From contig CAVOJR010000001.1 in the NCBI GenBank assembly GCA_963696295.1, positions 1,024,001-1,088,000 on the forward strand: DNA of 64,000 nucleotides. Reading direction: 5' to 3'. The position numbers and the translations under genes are program-made. A model generated the notes under the pieces. That model ran no database searches. It was not told where the DNA came from and saw only the letters and a program-made list of their open reading frames with translations. This DNA is from an uncultured Chlamydiae bacterium. Lineage in GTDB: Bacteria; Chlamydiota; Chlamydiia; Chlamydiales; JAJFMB01. This document shows positions 10,094 through 19,769 of the stretch, piece after piece. How positions within the stretch are numbered: the first letter of the stretch is position 1; each line of letters opens with the position of its first letter.

Positions 10094-10480
10094 TTGACGC
10101 CCCTGAATAATATCACTAAGTTCACAGAGCGTGCTGAATTTGAATCTTTTATTAAAGAAAAACTCACTGAAAATACTATTTTCAAAGTTTATGAGATTTC
10201 GCTTAAAACAATATTCCCAACCGATGTCGAGCACTCTCTAACTCAATCATACATAAGCTACTCGTATTATAATGCTACTTTTATGAAGGAAAAGAAAAGT
10301 TTTAGAAGATTTAACATAGCATACCAAAATGCCCAACGAACGGCTGAATCTCTAAGAACCAGCCATGTAAAAGAGATCGACCGCTGTGTGGATAGTGTTA
10401 GGATAATCTATGCTATACTTGGAAAAGAAGGGGAAAAAGAAATCCTTTATCAAAAGGAATATCGACTTAATCAGGTTTAA
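10094..10480 (+). CDS. Hypothetical protein
   Basis: 128-aa AT-rich ORF, no recognised motif. Confidence 0.5.
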   Translation: MTPLNNITKFTERAEFESFIKEKLTENTIFKVYEISLKTIFPTDVEHSLTQSYISYSYYNATFMKEKKSFRRFNIAYQNAQRTAESLRTSHVKEIDRCVDSVRIIYAILGKEGEKEILYQKEYRLNQV

Positions 10481-10486
10481 AGAGAT

Positions 10487-10645
10487 CAGAAGTTCCTATC
10501 TCGGAATCGCTGAAAGCACCTAACAAATTCCGGCATCGACACGACCCTTTTTCCTCGTGATAAAAGAGCCGGTATCGACAGAACCCTATCTCGGAATCGT
10601 CGTGCGAAAGTATCTGTTTTGGTAACAAATTCCGGTATCGACACT
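10487..10645. repeat. Degenerate tandem duplicate of the 3' end of the GT25 gene
   Basis: cctatctcggaatcg at 10495 and 10586; taacaaattccggYatcgacac at 10521 and 10623. Confidence 0.75.
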
Positions 10646-11308
10646 TCTATTATGAACAGGATCCGGATATTTTTTTCCATTGTAGCTGTAACAGATAATC
10701 TGATTTCTGGTCATTAAATCCTTCAAAAATTCATCAATGATGCCGCCATGCTGCGGAAAGAGCTCAACGAGCTTCTTTGCCCCTTTTTTACTAATGATAT
10801 ACGCATGAGTGCACCAGGCGGGAATTTGAACAATCAAATCCTCATTTGCAGGCTCGGCAAGCAAATTGCCCACCAGCAAAAGATCGAAATCTTCTTTAGT
10901 CTCTTGCCAATATAGGGGAAATAGGGTAGCAAAATCTACGTGCGGGACATTGTCATCTTCGCACACAAAAAGAAATTCTCTGCCTGATGGCTCCTCCAAA
11001 AATGTTTTCCACAAAATCAGGTGCGACGCCGCACACCCTTTTTGACCGGGCGTTCCATGGAATATATGCAAATCATCAAAGAACTCTTTAGGTGTATTGA
11101 GGCCGTCAATCGCATCAAAACGGCGAATATTGGTAAAACCCCTTTTTTCCATAAATTCACGAGTGGTGTGGTATCTGTCCATAAGGCGGCTTAGACTGAC
11201 AATCACCGGGCTGTCCAACAGAATTGCCGCATCCGTTTTTTGCGAGGATTCACCATGCGCTGAACCGATTGAGAAAACGATAGCCAAAAGAAATGGAATA
11301 AAGTTCAT
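10586..11308 (-). CDS. Glycosyltransferase family 25 with signal-peptide-like N-terminus
   Basis: RFDAIDG, GQKGCAASHLILW, VCEDD, THAYIISKKGAKKL, IDEFL. Confidence 0.88.
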   Translation of the reverse strand: MNFIPFLLAIVFSIGSAHGESSQKTDAAILLDSPVIVSLSRLMDRYHTTREFMEKRGFTNIRRFDAIDGLNTPKEFFDDLHIFHGTPGQKGCAASHLILWKTFLEEPSGREFLFVCEDDNVPHVDFATLFPLYWQETKEDFDLLLVGNLLAEPANEDLIVQIPAWCTHAYIISKKGAKKLVELFPQHGGIIDEFLKDLMTRNQIICYSYNGKKYPDPVHNRSVDTGICYQNRYFRTTIPR

Positions 11309-11391
11309 GAAACACCTTAAATTAATAGGTTGACCAGTTAAATATTGTGTTGAAACAATTCTAAATTGGCAAGAGAAAAATGAATCAAAAT

Positions 11392-12351
11392 TCACGATTT
11401 TACGGCATCTAAGAAAATTTCTTCAAATTTTTGCTGAGAAAAGTTCTTAGCTTGCTCGCTGCTCAAAAATGTACGAATATGATTTAGATAGTTGGTATAT
11501 ATTTCCTCAGGCATACTTTTAAGATACTGATAAAGGTCTTCATCGCATTCAAAGTCGCAATAATCAATGAAGCAATCTTTTGGTATATAATCTGTAACAT
11601 TGGTCGCCCCCCAGTATACAGGGATGCATCCTGCCTGGAAGCAAGCAAAGATTTTCTCGGTGATATATCCTTGAAAGTGAGTGGAATTTTCGAAGCAAAT
11701 GCAAAACTTGTAATTTTTCAGCATATTGCTTTTTTCATCCCCGGAATGGGAGCCGGGAATACTACCCCGATATAATCTGCTATCGCAATGTTGATATCCG
11801 TAAACGTCCAAATCACTATCAGGTTTTTTTTCAAAGAATTTGATTATTTTAATTCTTTGAGGTGTATAGTTAGAAGCAATTAAGGTGCAGAATTTTTTTT
11901 CTTCAAAAGGGATCAAGTCAAGGCGCATCGGACGCAAATGGGCATAATAAAGTTTAAATATCTTTTTATTGTCGACTAGGCTGTCATCCCAGGTATAAAC
12001 ACGAGAAAAATTATCAAAATACGAATTTTGATATGTCCATGGCTCCAAAACAAAAAAGACCAGTTTCTCCTTAGGCAGCTTGAAAATGAATGAGTTGTCT
12101 TTTAAATTATAATTGGCCACGATTATTTTATGTGCCGTATCTTTATGATGTTGAGGCAATGTTTCATATTGGTTGATATTATACGTTTCAACTTCATATC
12201 CGGCCTTTCGGGTGAGTCCATAATCGATTCCAAAAGTGTCATGCATGGTAAAAAAGGATACGATGTCGACATGCTCCGCATTTAGTGGAAAAAAAAATGA
12301 ATACAATAAAATGGCCACACATAACTTTTTCATCGGTTTCTCACTGTTCAT
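11392..12351 (-). CDS. Glycosyltransferase family 10 (alpha-1,3/4-fucosyltransferase-like)
   Basis: YKFCICFENS...GYITEKIF...GCIPVYWG fucosyltransferase motif. Confidence 0.92.
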   Translation of the reverse strand: MNSEKPMKKLCVAILLYSFFFPLNAEHVDIVSFFTMHDTFGIDYGLTRKAGYEVETYNINQYETLPQHHKDTAHKIIVANYNLKDNSFIFKLPKEKLVFFVLEPWTYQNSYFDNFSRVYTWDDSLVDNKKIFKLYYAHLRPMRLDLIPFEEKKFCTLIASNYTPQRIKIIKFFEKKPDSDLDVYGYQHCDSRLYRGSIPGSHSGDEKSNMLKNYKFCICFENSTHFQGYITEKIFACFQAGCIPVYWGATNVTDYIPKDCFIDYCDFECDEDLYQYLKSMPEEIYTNYLNHIRTFLSSEQAKNFSQQKFEEIFLDAVKS

Positions 12352-13394
12352 TATCGTCTCATCCAGGAATGATAAGCGGCATAATCGTAACCCGCATTCC
12401 TGTGAATTTTCATGGCATTAATATCACCTGAATTTATCACGTGCAAGTTGCGGACTTTTACTTGTTTTGTCCGGGCAAACACGAAATTGAAATAGATTTC
12501 GTATTCTGAAGCGCCTGAATAAAGAAGCTCAGAGGGATCTACGCATAAGCAAAAAGCCTTCCAAAACTCCTTTTTATGAAACGACTCCACCTGCTGGAAA
12601 AGATCATCAAGTACAGCTTTTTGAAATAACATCTGGTGGGCAATGCCCGATTGAGAGGGATTCAGTCTTTTTATTCCTGGAAGAAGCCGGTTGGCGTGTT
12701 CAAAATAAGGCAAATGGTATTCACTTCCGATAGAAAAATATCCGCCCCCCTCAGGGCTTAGGAATGAAACAGGCCGGAAAAAAATAACATCGGAATCTAC
12801 AATTAATATATTTGATGAAATGCCGGGAATGACATATGCGGCATACAATTTTAAAAGTTGTTGAAAGTACCATCCAACCCTCGATGCTTCATTGAGGTAT
12901 GACAGGGCGCGATCTTTATCCAATTGATTCAGATAAAGCGACACATCATATTTGGAAAAAGGGTAGGCCTTTTCATCATACCATTCCGCTTTATCCGTGA
13001 TTTTATGATCTGATACAACGATGATGCGCCTGATATTTTGAACGTTCTTTTTTATTCCCTCGACACATTTCTCAAGCAATATTTCATCCTTTGAAGCTGT
13101 AGGGATGATGACGTCGATGGGATCATCGACAAAAGGGTAACTTTTGGGACTGCTGTCGAAATCGGCTGAAAGAAATGAGAAGCAGGTCAGCGAGAAAAGG
13201 ATCAAGGGTAATTTATACCCAAACAACCTCACAGTTTGGGATTTCGGCTTTGCCAAAGCCCCGGGATTCAACGATCGTAAACAGGTCCATATTGTTAATA
13301 TTGACCTGTTTACGATCGATTGAATCGCTGGAGCTTTGGCTTTGCCGAAAACCAAATTTTGAGGTTGTTTGGGTATATACATGAGCACCTTCAA
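12351..13394 (-). CDS. GT-A fold glycosyltransferase-like protein (DUF6492-like) with an in-frame palindromic insertion near the N-terminus
   Basis: IDVIIP, GWYFQQLLKL, IVDSD, SEYEIYFNF motifs. Confidence 0.8.
   Translation of the reverse strand: MKVLMYIPKQPQNLVFGKAKAPAIQSIVNRSILTIWTCLRSLNPGALAKPKSQTVRLFGYKLPLILFSLTCFSFLSADFDSSPKSYPFVDDPIDVIIPTASKDEILLEKCVEGIKKNVQNIRRIIVVSDHKITDKAEWYDEKAYPFSKYDVSLYLNQLDKDRALSYLNEASRVGWYFQQLLKLYAAYVIPGISSNILIVDSDVIFFRPVSFLSPEGGGYFSIGSEYHLPYFEHANRLLPGIKRLNPSQSGIAHQMLFQKAVLDDLFQQVESFHKKEFWKAFCLCVDPSELLYSGASEYEIYFNFVFARTKQVKVRNLHVINSGDINAMKIHRNAGYDYAAYHSWMRR
13214..13377. mobile_element. 164-bp palindromic MITE-like element, copy 2, inside a CDS
   Basis: TATACCCAAACAACCTCA ... 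TGAGGTTGTTTGGGTATA; near-continuous hairpin. Confidence 0.88.
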
Positions 13395-13496
13395 TTTTTC
13401 TTAATATGTTCTTTTATCTGTTAGATTATTTTCAACTTTTTTCTGGCAAAAATTTCTTTTCTTCACATAATATTTACGTTTTCAGCAGGAGGAAAT

Positions 13497-14351
13497 TTGA
13501 AATTATATCCCAAAATATTCTTCGCTTATTTTTTCATCCTTTGCAATTTCGCTTATGCCGATTTTGTCATGGGAACTTTTAAAGGGGAACTGGGGAATCA
13601 GATGTTTATCATTGCAGCGACAGTCAGTCTGGCTCTTGATCATAATGCTGAACCTGTTTTCCCCGAACTTCTGACGAGAAGAGATGCTAACATCCCTCTA
13701 AATTATCAGAAGGTTTTCTATCATCTGAATACGACCACGCCCTCTGAAAATATTTCCCTTTGTTACAGGGAACCTCACTATCACTATGCGCCTATTCCTT
13801 ATACTCCGAACATGAGTCTTTCGGGATATTTTCAATCCGAGAAGTATTTTGAGCATCACAAAAAAGAGATTTTAGAACTTTTTAAACCTCACCCAGAAAT
13901 TCAAGAATACCTTCTGGCTAAATATGGGGATTTGATAAGTCATCCGAATACGGTTTCCGTACATTTTCGCTCCTATCTTAAAGAGGATCCCTCTCAAAAC
14001 ATGTATCCTTATTTTGGGAGAAACTACTTTGAAAAAGCCATTTTGTCATTTCCTGATGACTCTCTATTTGTGGTCTTTTCCAATGACATGGAGTTGTGCA
14101 AACGGGAGCTTGCGGGTATTCCGCGAAATATGCGTTTCATCGAAGGCGAGGCGCACTACCATGACCTTTATCTAATGAGCCTGTGCAAGCATAATATCAT
14201 CAGTCATTCGAGCTATTCCTGGTGGGCGGCTTACCTCAATCCCAATCCGGATAAGAAAGTCATAACCCCGCCTTATTGGATGTCTAAAAACTGCGGATTA
14301 GACACAAAAGATGTTGTGCCCAAAAGTTGGATCAGCCTATCCTTGGAATAA
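13497..14351 (+). CDS. Glycosyltransferase family 11 (alpha-1,2-fucosyltransferase-like)
   Basis: GELGNQMF, GYFQSEKYF, SVHFR, DLYLMSLCKHNIISHSSYSWWAAYL. Confidence 0.92.
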   Translation: MKLYPKIFFAYFFILCNFAYADFVMGTFKGELGNQMFIIAATVSLALDHNAEPVFPELLTRRDANIPLNYQKVFYHLNTTTPSENISLCYREPHYHYAPIPYTPNMSLSGYFQSEKYFEHHKKEILELFKPHPEIQEYLLAKYGDLISHPNTVSVHFRSYLKEDPSQNMYPYFGRNYFEKAILSFPDDSLFVVFSNDMELCKRELAGIPRNMRFIEGEAHYHDLYLMSLCKHNIISHSSYSWWAAYLNPNPDKKVITPPYWMSKNCGLDTKDVVPKSWISLSLE

Positions 14352-14393
14352 CGTTGATTCAATATTTTTGTTCTGAAACCTATAGGTGCCCCT

Positions 14394-15380
14394 ATGAAAA
14401 AAAATCTGCTTTTTATTATCACTTTCATCCTCATATCTTCTATTCAGGCTTCAGAGCCGTTTTCCATCGTCTTCGTCCATATTGGCAAATCCATCCCCTC
14501 GCATGTGCCGGTAGCCCTTTTACAAGCCAGAGCCTTTAATCCCGACTGCCCGATCATATTGATTGCCAACCAGGAAGCTCTCGCCAATTTTAACACTCAT
14601 GCGAACATCACGCAAATACCCTGCGAATCGCTGACAAAAACCAAGGAGCATGAGCACTTTAGCCAGCATTCAAGATTAGACCCCAATTCGTTTGGGGGTT
14701 TATGGCTCTTTTCGAGCGAACGATTTTTCTATCTGCAGGAATTGATGCTTCAGTATGACTTAAAAAACGTATTTCATCTGGAGCATGATGTTATGCTCTA
14801 TGTCAATCTCGAGGAACTTTTACCGATTTTCATTGAGAATTACAAAGGTCTTGGTATAACGATGGATAACGATCAGAGATGTATTCCTGGATTTATCTAT
14901 ATTTCCAATCCCCAGATAATGACGCGATTGGCTCGTTTTTTTTCCGATAAGGCCAGTGAAAACCAATGGGATATGCAGATCATTCCGCGCTTCAAAAACG
15001 AGTTTGGCGATGAAGCAGCTGACAATTTGCCTATTATTACCGAAGAATATGTTCGTCAACAATCCATGAGAAGCGCTGCTAACCACGTCCCGCGCTATCC
15101 CTATCAATATTGCAAAAATATAGAATTATTCCAATCTCTCTTTGATGCAGCAGCCCTTGGGCAATATCTGGGAGGCACTTTCTGGAAGCAACCGCCGGGT
15201 TTTGTTAATGAAAGTTGTGTCTTCAATTCCTCCCTCCTCTCGTATGAATGGATTGTCGATGATGAAGGGAGAAAAGTGCCCTATGCTACCTATGGCAACA
15301 GAAAATTTAGAATAAACAATCTGCATATCCATTCAAAAAACTTATGGAAATTTGCATCAAAGTCTTTCGAGGTTAAATGA
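14394..15380 (+). CDS. Putative glycosyltransferase-like exported protein
   Basis: Signal peptide; SERFFYL, FHLEHDVMLY, FDAAALGQYLGG, NLHIHSK; lies within the GT cluster. Confidence 0.65.
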   Translation: MKKNLLFIITFILISSIQASEPFSIVFVHIGKSIPSHVPVALLQARAFNPDCPIILIANQEALANFNTHANITQIPCESLTKTKEHEHFSQHSRLDPNSFGGLWLFSSERFFYLQELMLQYDLKNVFHLEHDVMLYVNLEELLPIFIENYKGLGITMDNDQRCIPGFIYISNPQIMTRLARFFSDKASENQWDMQIIPRFKNEFGDEAADNLPIITEEYVRQQSMRSAANHVPRYPYQYCKNIELFQSLFDAAALGQYLGGTFWKQPPGFVNESCVFNSSLLSYEWIVDDEGRKVPYATYGNRKFRINNLHIHSKNLWKFASKSFEVK

Positions 15381-16246
15381 AAAACATTTTTATCACCTTA
15401 CTATGTCTTCCTATTTTGTTACTGGCAAGGCCCTCCAGCTATCCTTATGTTGCAGGGGATACTTTTCGAGACTACTGCGACTATATTTATGATGAAACAG
15501 GAAACACAGTGGTTCCCGAAAATGTAAACTATGGCGACACTATCTTTTTAAAAACCGATTACTTAAGACAATTTTTCACTTCATTGCATCCCCAAATCGC
15601 GAATCCCTATATTCTTGTCACACACAATGGTGATTTGCCTGTCCCCCGGGAATTTGGATTTATGCTCGATGACCCGAAAATCATTGCCTGGTTTGGGCAA
15701 AATATTCAATACGCCCACCCGAAGCTACACCCAATCCCAATCGGCATTGCCAACAGATACTGGGGGCATGGGAATATTGATACGGTTGCGGAAGTTCAGC
15801 AATTGATCCCCGGCTGTGTGAAAAGCATATTGTTGTACATGAATTTCTCACAAAGCACTTATGGCGAGCGGCCGCATGTATACCACTTTTTCAAAGACAA
15901 GCCCTTCTGCACAGTAGGCGGTCATAAAGGCTTTGGTTCTTACTTATTCGATTTAGCCCAATCGAAATTTGTCTTAAGCCCCCGGGGCAACGGCCTGGAC
16001 TGCCATCGCACCTGGGAAGCCCTTTATATGGGCGCTATTCCCATTGTCGTTACATCCCCTATAGATCCTCTTTATGACGGCCTGCCTGTCATTATCATCA
16101 AGGGGTGGAATGAGGTGACTCAAGAATTTCTGGAGGCGAAATGGGAAGAGATGAGCGCTGCAGAATATCAGCTCAACAGGATATACGCGGATTATTGGCT
16201 GGATATGATCTCATCGTATAAAATGCCCTCCATAGAGAATCCCTGA
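15377..16246 (+). CDS. Exostosin-like (GT47-related) glycosyltransferase
   Basis: SKFVLSPRGNGLDCHRTWEALYMGAIPIV. Confidence 0.8.
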   Translation: MKNIFITLLCLPILLLARPSSYPYVAGDTFRDYCDYIYDETGNTVVPENVNYGDTIFLKTDYLRQFFTSLHPQIANPYILVTHNGDLPVPREFGFMLDDPKIIAWFGQNIQYAHPKLHPIPIGIANRYWGHGNIDTVAEVQQLIPGCVKSILLYMNFSQSTYGERPHVYHFFKDKPFCTVGGHKGFGSYLFDLAQSKFVLSPRGNGLDCHRTWEALYMGAIPIVVTSPIDPLYDGLPVIIIKGWNEVTQEFLEAKWEEMSAAEYQLNRIYADYWLDMISSYKMPSIENP

Positions 16247-17980
16247 GACCCTTTTCTCTTCGATTTGTTTATGCAGATAGGAGGGGCAAAAGAGTTGATG
16301 CGGCTCCTCTCCATGCACAAAAGGGGTGTCGCTGAAAGACTTTTTTACCCCTCCAACCAGTTTCCCCCTGTTATAACCGAGCACATACAACAAGAAAGTC
16401 ATCCAAACCGACTGCAACCTTTTCGGTAAACAGCCTCCGAACCACACAACCGATTTTAAAACCTTCTGGCTTATTTCGGTTTTATAGAGAGACATACGAT
16501 ATAGATTACCGGTATTCTCAAAAATTTTGGAAAACAGATCCTGGGGCCAGTAGGCGCAATTATCCCATCCGAATTGAAAAATAATATCCCCTTTGCGGGC
16601 CTTTTTTAAATCTTCAGCTATCAGGCCCATTAGTTTCTCTCCTTTTTTCTCGTCCAGTTCTTTGGCGTGAACCGCTTTTTGACGCTCAGAGTAGAAATTA
16701 TTGGTTTCGGGGTGTTCCAACTTTGAAATGATAGTGTCTGTAAGGAAAAAGATTTTCTCCACTAGGGTAACTGGAAATTGCACCGGATATTTGCCAAAGT
16801 CCAAGACTCGATAACGCCCATCCTCCTGCCTGATAGCCACCCCCAAATATCCGTGGCACTTGTCAATGTCAAGGTTGGGATTTTCACGGCTGGCACTAGC
16901 CATTGCAACCCCCCAAGGCTTGTTCTCAATTTTAAGCCCGGTTCTCTTTTGCAGCTCTTCGATTTCCACAATTTCAAAGACGGGCAACTGATTCCACCAT
17001 TGCGGGGCATCCAAATCGATACGCACATAATCCTTAATCGAAGGGCTATAGTAGCCAAGTTCATGAGCATTCCAGCACAAAATGCCAGTATCCTCTTCCT
17101 TCGTCCTGTCACCTCCAAATACTTCAAAATCGCCGATTTTATCATTCTTTTTGGCAAAATGCTCCTCAAAAACCTGCCTGATGCTCCACTTGCCCCCGCC
17201 CCGGAATTCAAGCACCTGAGACTCATCCAAAATGCTGACTCTTCGGCTCAGGCACTCGACTTGAAAGCGCATGGTGACCGTTTTTTGATCGGTTTTTTCT
17301 AAATTCATTATTTTGCCGGCAAAACGCCCTACCCTGTTAGAGAGCAAAACAGAGCGAATTCTCTCAGTAACAGAGGGGAATTCCACAAAAATTTCCACCT
17401 GATTATTCTCTTTAATCGACCAATCGAACAGTTCCTCTCTCAACGAACTATTTTGCATAACCAATGAGGCGAAGTCAGGGTAGCGGCAAATCTCATTCAC
17501 TACTTCTTTATCCCCTGCAGAGAGGTGTTTTTGCTCCTCAACGTAATAAGGCCTTGTTTTCTTCCAATCGCTCAAAAGCAGGATCATCGGTTCACAGGCA
17601 GTTGCCTCTAATTTTTTATCCGATCCTCCGTTAACTCCTTCGGCGCGGTATTTTAAAGCGATAACTCTCTGAAGAAGCGTCGAGAGCTCCTTTTCAGTCG
17701 CCGGGTACTTTGCCAGTTTTGATTGTAACAGCTCTGCAGCCCTGATGAAGGCGGCAATCTTTATTTTCTGCCCATCGAGGTTCCCTTTAAAATCGAGTGG
17801 CCTTCTTTCAAAGAGGTCCATTTGAGCGAGAAAAAGGGTGGTCAAATTCCGGTAATAGCCCGACTTTCCAAACAAGAGGTAATAAATTCTCTCTTTAAAG
17901 GTAACCTCTGCCGGCGCATCCCCCTCCAGGGCATCGGAGAATCTGAAAATATTATCTGAAGAAACTTGCATACTGCACAT
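16211..17980 (-). CDS. Hypothetical protein; C-terminal part resembles a permuted papain-like (His...Asn-Cys) domain
   Basis: 589-aa ORF; CHGYLGVAI ... GWDNCAYW. Confidence 0.7.
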   Translation of the reverse strand: MCSMQVSSDNIFRFSDALEGDAPAEVTFKERIYYLLFGKSGYYRNLTTLFLAQMDLFERRPLDFKGNLDGQKIKIAAFIRAAELLQSKLAKYPATEKELSTLLQRVIALKYRAEGVNGGSDKKLEATACEPMILLLSDWKKTRPYYVEEQKHLSAGDKEVVNEICRYPDFASLVMQNSSLREELFDWSIKENNQVEIFVEFPSVTERIRSVLLSNRVGRFAGKIMNLEKTDQKTVTMRFQVECLSRRVSILDESQVLEFRGGGKWSIRQVFEEHFAKKNDKIGDFEVFGGDRTKEEDTGILCWNAHELGYYSPSIKDYVRIDLDAPQWWNQLPVFEIVEIEELQKRTGLKIENKPWGVAMASASRENPNLDIDKCHGYLGVAIRQEDGRYRVLDFGKYPVQFPVTLVEKIFFLTDTIISKLEHPETNNFYSERQKAVHAKELDEKKGEKLMGLIAEDLKKARKGDIIFQFGWDNCAYWPQDLFSKIFENTGNLYRMSLYKTEISQKVLKSVVWFGGCLPKRLQSVWMTFLLYVLGYNRGKLVGGVKKSFSDTPFVHGEEPHQLFCPSYLHKQIEEKRVSGILYGGHFIR

Positions 17981-18039
17981 ATAAAAAAGGATACGAAGAT
18001 TATCCTCAATCAGTCAATTTTTGCAAAAGGATAATTCCT

Positions 18040-19035
18040 TTAGAAAGAAAAGATCCGCTTCCAATCGCTTTTCATGCTGACGACAGTCCAGCCGCTTTTC
18101 TTTGCGTCGTCAAAGAGCTGCTGAGTTAAAGCGCCTACTTTGGAGTCGGGCAATCCCAAAGCCGGTCCGTAAGCGTACTCCCTCTCTGCATCATCATGCA
18201 GGATAAGCATGGAAAGCCTCTCGCCGCTGCCCCCTTTCGTGTATTCCAGAAGCTGCTTGTCCCCGATCGAGTTGCCGAAGGCCGCGTACGGGCGCCGGCC
18301 AACCATCAGCTGGACCCCTTCTACCTTAAAGGCTGAGTTGTCGTTCAGTAAATGTTTTGGATCTTTTATTAAGACGGGCTTTTTTTCTTTGTCATAGGAA
18401 TACCTGATTCCCCCGGTGCCGATCACCTGTTCGGGAGGAATGCCGTAAATTTGTTCGGCATACACACGCACAAAGTCCTGACCGCCGCCGTTGGTGATGT
18501 AAGTCTTGTAGCCATTGCTCTGCAAATACTTCAACACTTCCATCATCGGCTGATAGACCAGTTCGGTGTATGGGCGGTTCCAGCGCGCGTCTTTGGCTGT
18601 TGCTATCCAAGGCTTCACCAGACCCTGAAACTCCTCAACCGTGATGCCGGGGAGCGTTAAACTGGCTATTTTCCCTAACTGTTTTCCAGACAATTTTGCG
18701 ATAGCGCTTTGATTCCCCGAAAGAGCTGTTTTGTAGGGTTCGGCCTCTTTTAATTCCGGTTTATCGGCTGCAACGGCCTTGAAGCGATCCAAAATAAAAA
18801 TAATATAGGCGAAGACTGGCTGCTCGACCATCAGAGTGCCATCCTGGTCGAAGGCGGCGATCCGATCTTCGGGAGGAACAAAAGAGGGGCTCTCCTTATC
18901 GGTCGTCTTGCGCACAAAATTGATAATAGCCTGCTTAGCCGGCCCATCGTTCCAAGAAGGAAGGGGATCTGCAACCGCAGCGCCGCAGAAACAAAGAGTG
19001 AGAATAAGGAGTTTTAACGCGCGCATAGCCACCAT
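18040..19035 (-). CDS. Exported HAD-family hydrolase (non-specific acid phosphatase type)
   Basis: Signal peptide; DPLPSWNDG, AFDQDGTL, YQPMMEVL, AFGNSIGD. Confidence 0.9.
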   Translation of the reverse strand: MVAMRALKLLILTLCFCGAAVADPLPSWNDGPAKQAIINFVRKTTDKESPSFVPPEDRIAAFDQDGTLMVEQPVFAYIIFILDRFKAVAADKPELKEAEPYKTALSGNQSAIAKLSGKQLGKIASLTLPGITVEEFQGLVKPWIATAKDARWNRPYTELVYQPMMEVLKYLQSNGYKTYITNGGGQDFVRVYAEQIYGIPPEQVIGTGGIRYSYDKEKKPVLIKDPKHLLNDNSAFKVEGVQLMVGRRPYAAFGNSIGDKQLLEYTKGGSGERLSMLILHDDAEREYAYGPALGLPDSKVGALTQQLFDDAKKSGWTVVSMKSDWKRIFSF

Positions 19036-19397
19036 ACCAATAGCCCCATGAAGAAGCCGAACAGCGCGCCGATCCCCACCAAAATCGCGCTCGCCCTGAT
19101 TACCTTGTGTATGAGCTTTTGCTTGATCAAGGGGGTCAGTTTCGCCACTTCTCCCAGGCCGAAATCCTTGAGCTTATCGGTCAGAGTGTCGGAAATAAAG
19201 GATTTCCCCATCGGAATCTCATCCTTAAACCCCTCAACCATGACGTCCATCTGCTCTTTGAATAAGCTATCTAATTCCAATTGATCAGCAATCATTAATT
19301 TTAATGAAAAAAGCGTAATTAAAACAGTACAAGCACCAACCAAAAGGCCAAATAAAGGTAAATAATAATTAGAGCACACCAAATCTCTCCTTGACAA
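19014..19397 (-). CDS. Hypothetical membrane protein (start uncertain)
   Basis: Two hydrophobic segments. Confidence 0.55.
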   Translation of the reverse strand: MSRRDLVCSNYYLPLFGLLVGACTVLITLFSLKLMIADQLELDSLFKEQMDVMVEGFKDEIPMGKSFISDTLTDKLKDFGLGEVAKLTPLIKQKLIHKVIRASAILVGIGALFGFFMGLLVWWLCAR

Positions 19398-19419
19398 AAT
19401 ATATTAATATCTTTACAAT
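19391..19419 (+). promoter_or_regulatory. Sigma66/70-type promoter
   Basis: TTGACA-17 nt-TACAAT, 30 nt upstream of ATG 19450. Confidence 0.7.
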
Positions 19420-19449
19420 AAGTATATATTTATTTTCCAGGGTTATTTT

Positions 19450-19758
19450 ATGTTCTTTGATGAAGAGACCCACGAGCAGCTCTTTCAGAAAGTCGATCAG
19501 CTGCTTAAAAGAGACCGGGAAATGAGGGCCGAGATCGAGTTGAAATTTACCGAACTTGGGCTGACTCCCGAGGAGCTCGAAAAATTCTTAAGCAATCCGG
19601 ACCACTTCACCTCCGAAGAATGGCAGGAGATGGAGGAAGCGCGCAAGGAGTTGGATATACGGCTCGAGCGCAGCCTGGCCAACATCCCAAATCCCGAAAA
19701 GACAAAAAAAGCCTACAGGTCGCGCCGCATCAGGGAGAACTGGATCCCTGTTCGGTAG
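19450..19758 (+). CDS. Small hypothetical protein
   Basis: 102-aa charged helical ORF with a consensus promoter upstream. Confidence 0.75.
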   Translation: MFFDEETHEQLFQKVDQLLKRDREMRAEIELKFTELGLTPEELEKFLSNPDHFTSEEWQEMEEARKELDIRLERSLANIPNPEKTKKAYRSRRIRENWIPVR

Positions 19759-19769
19759 TAGTGTCTAAT

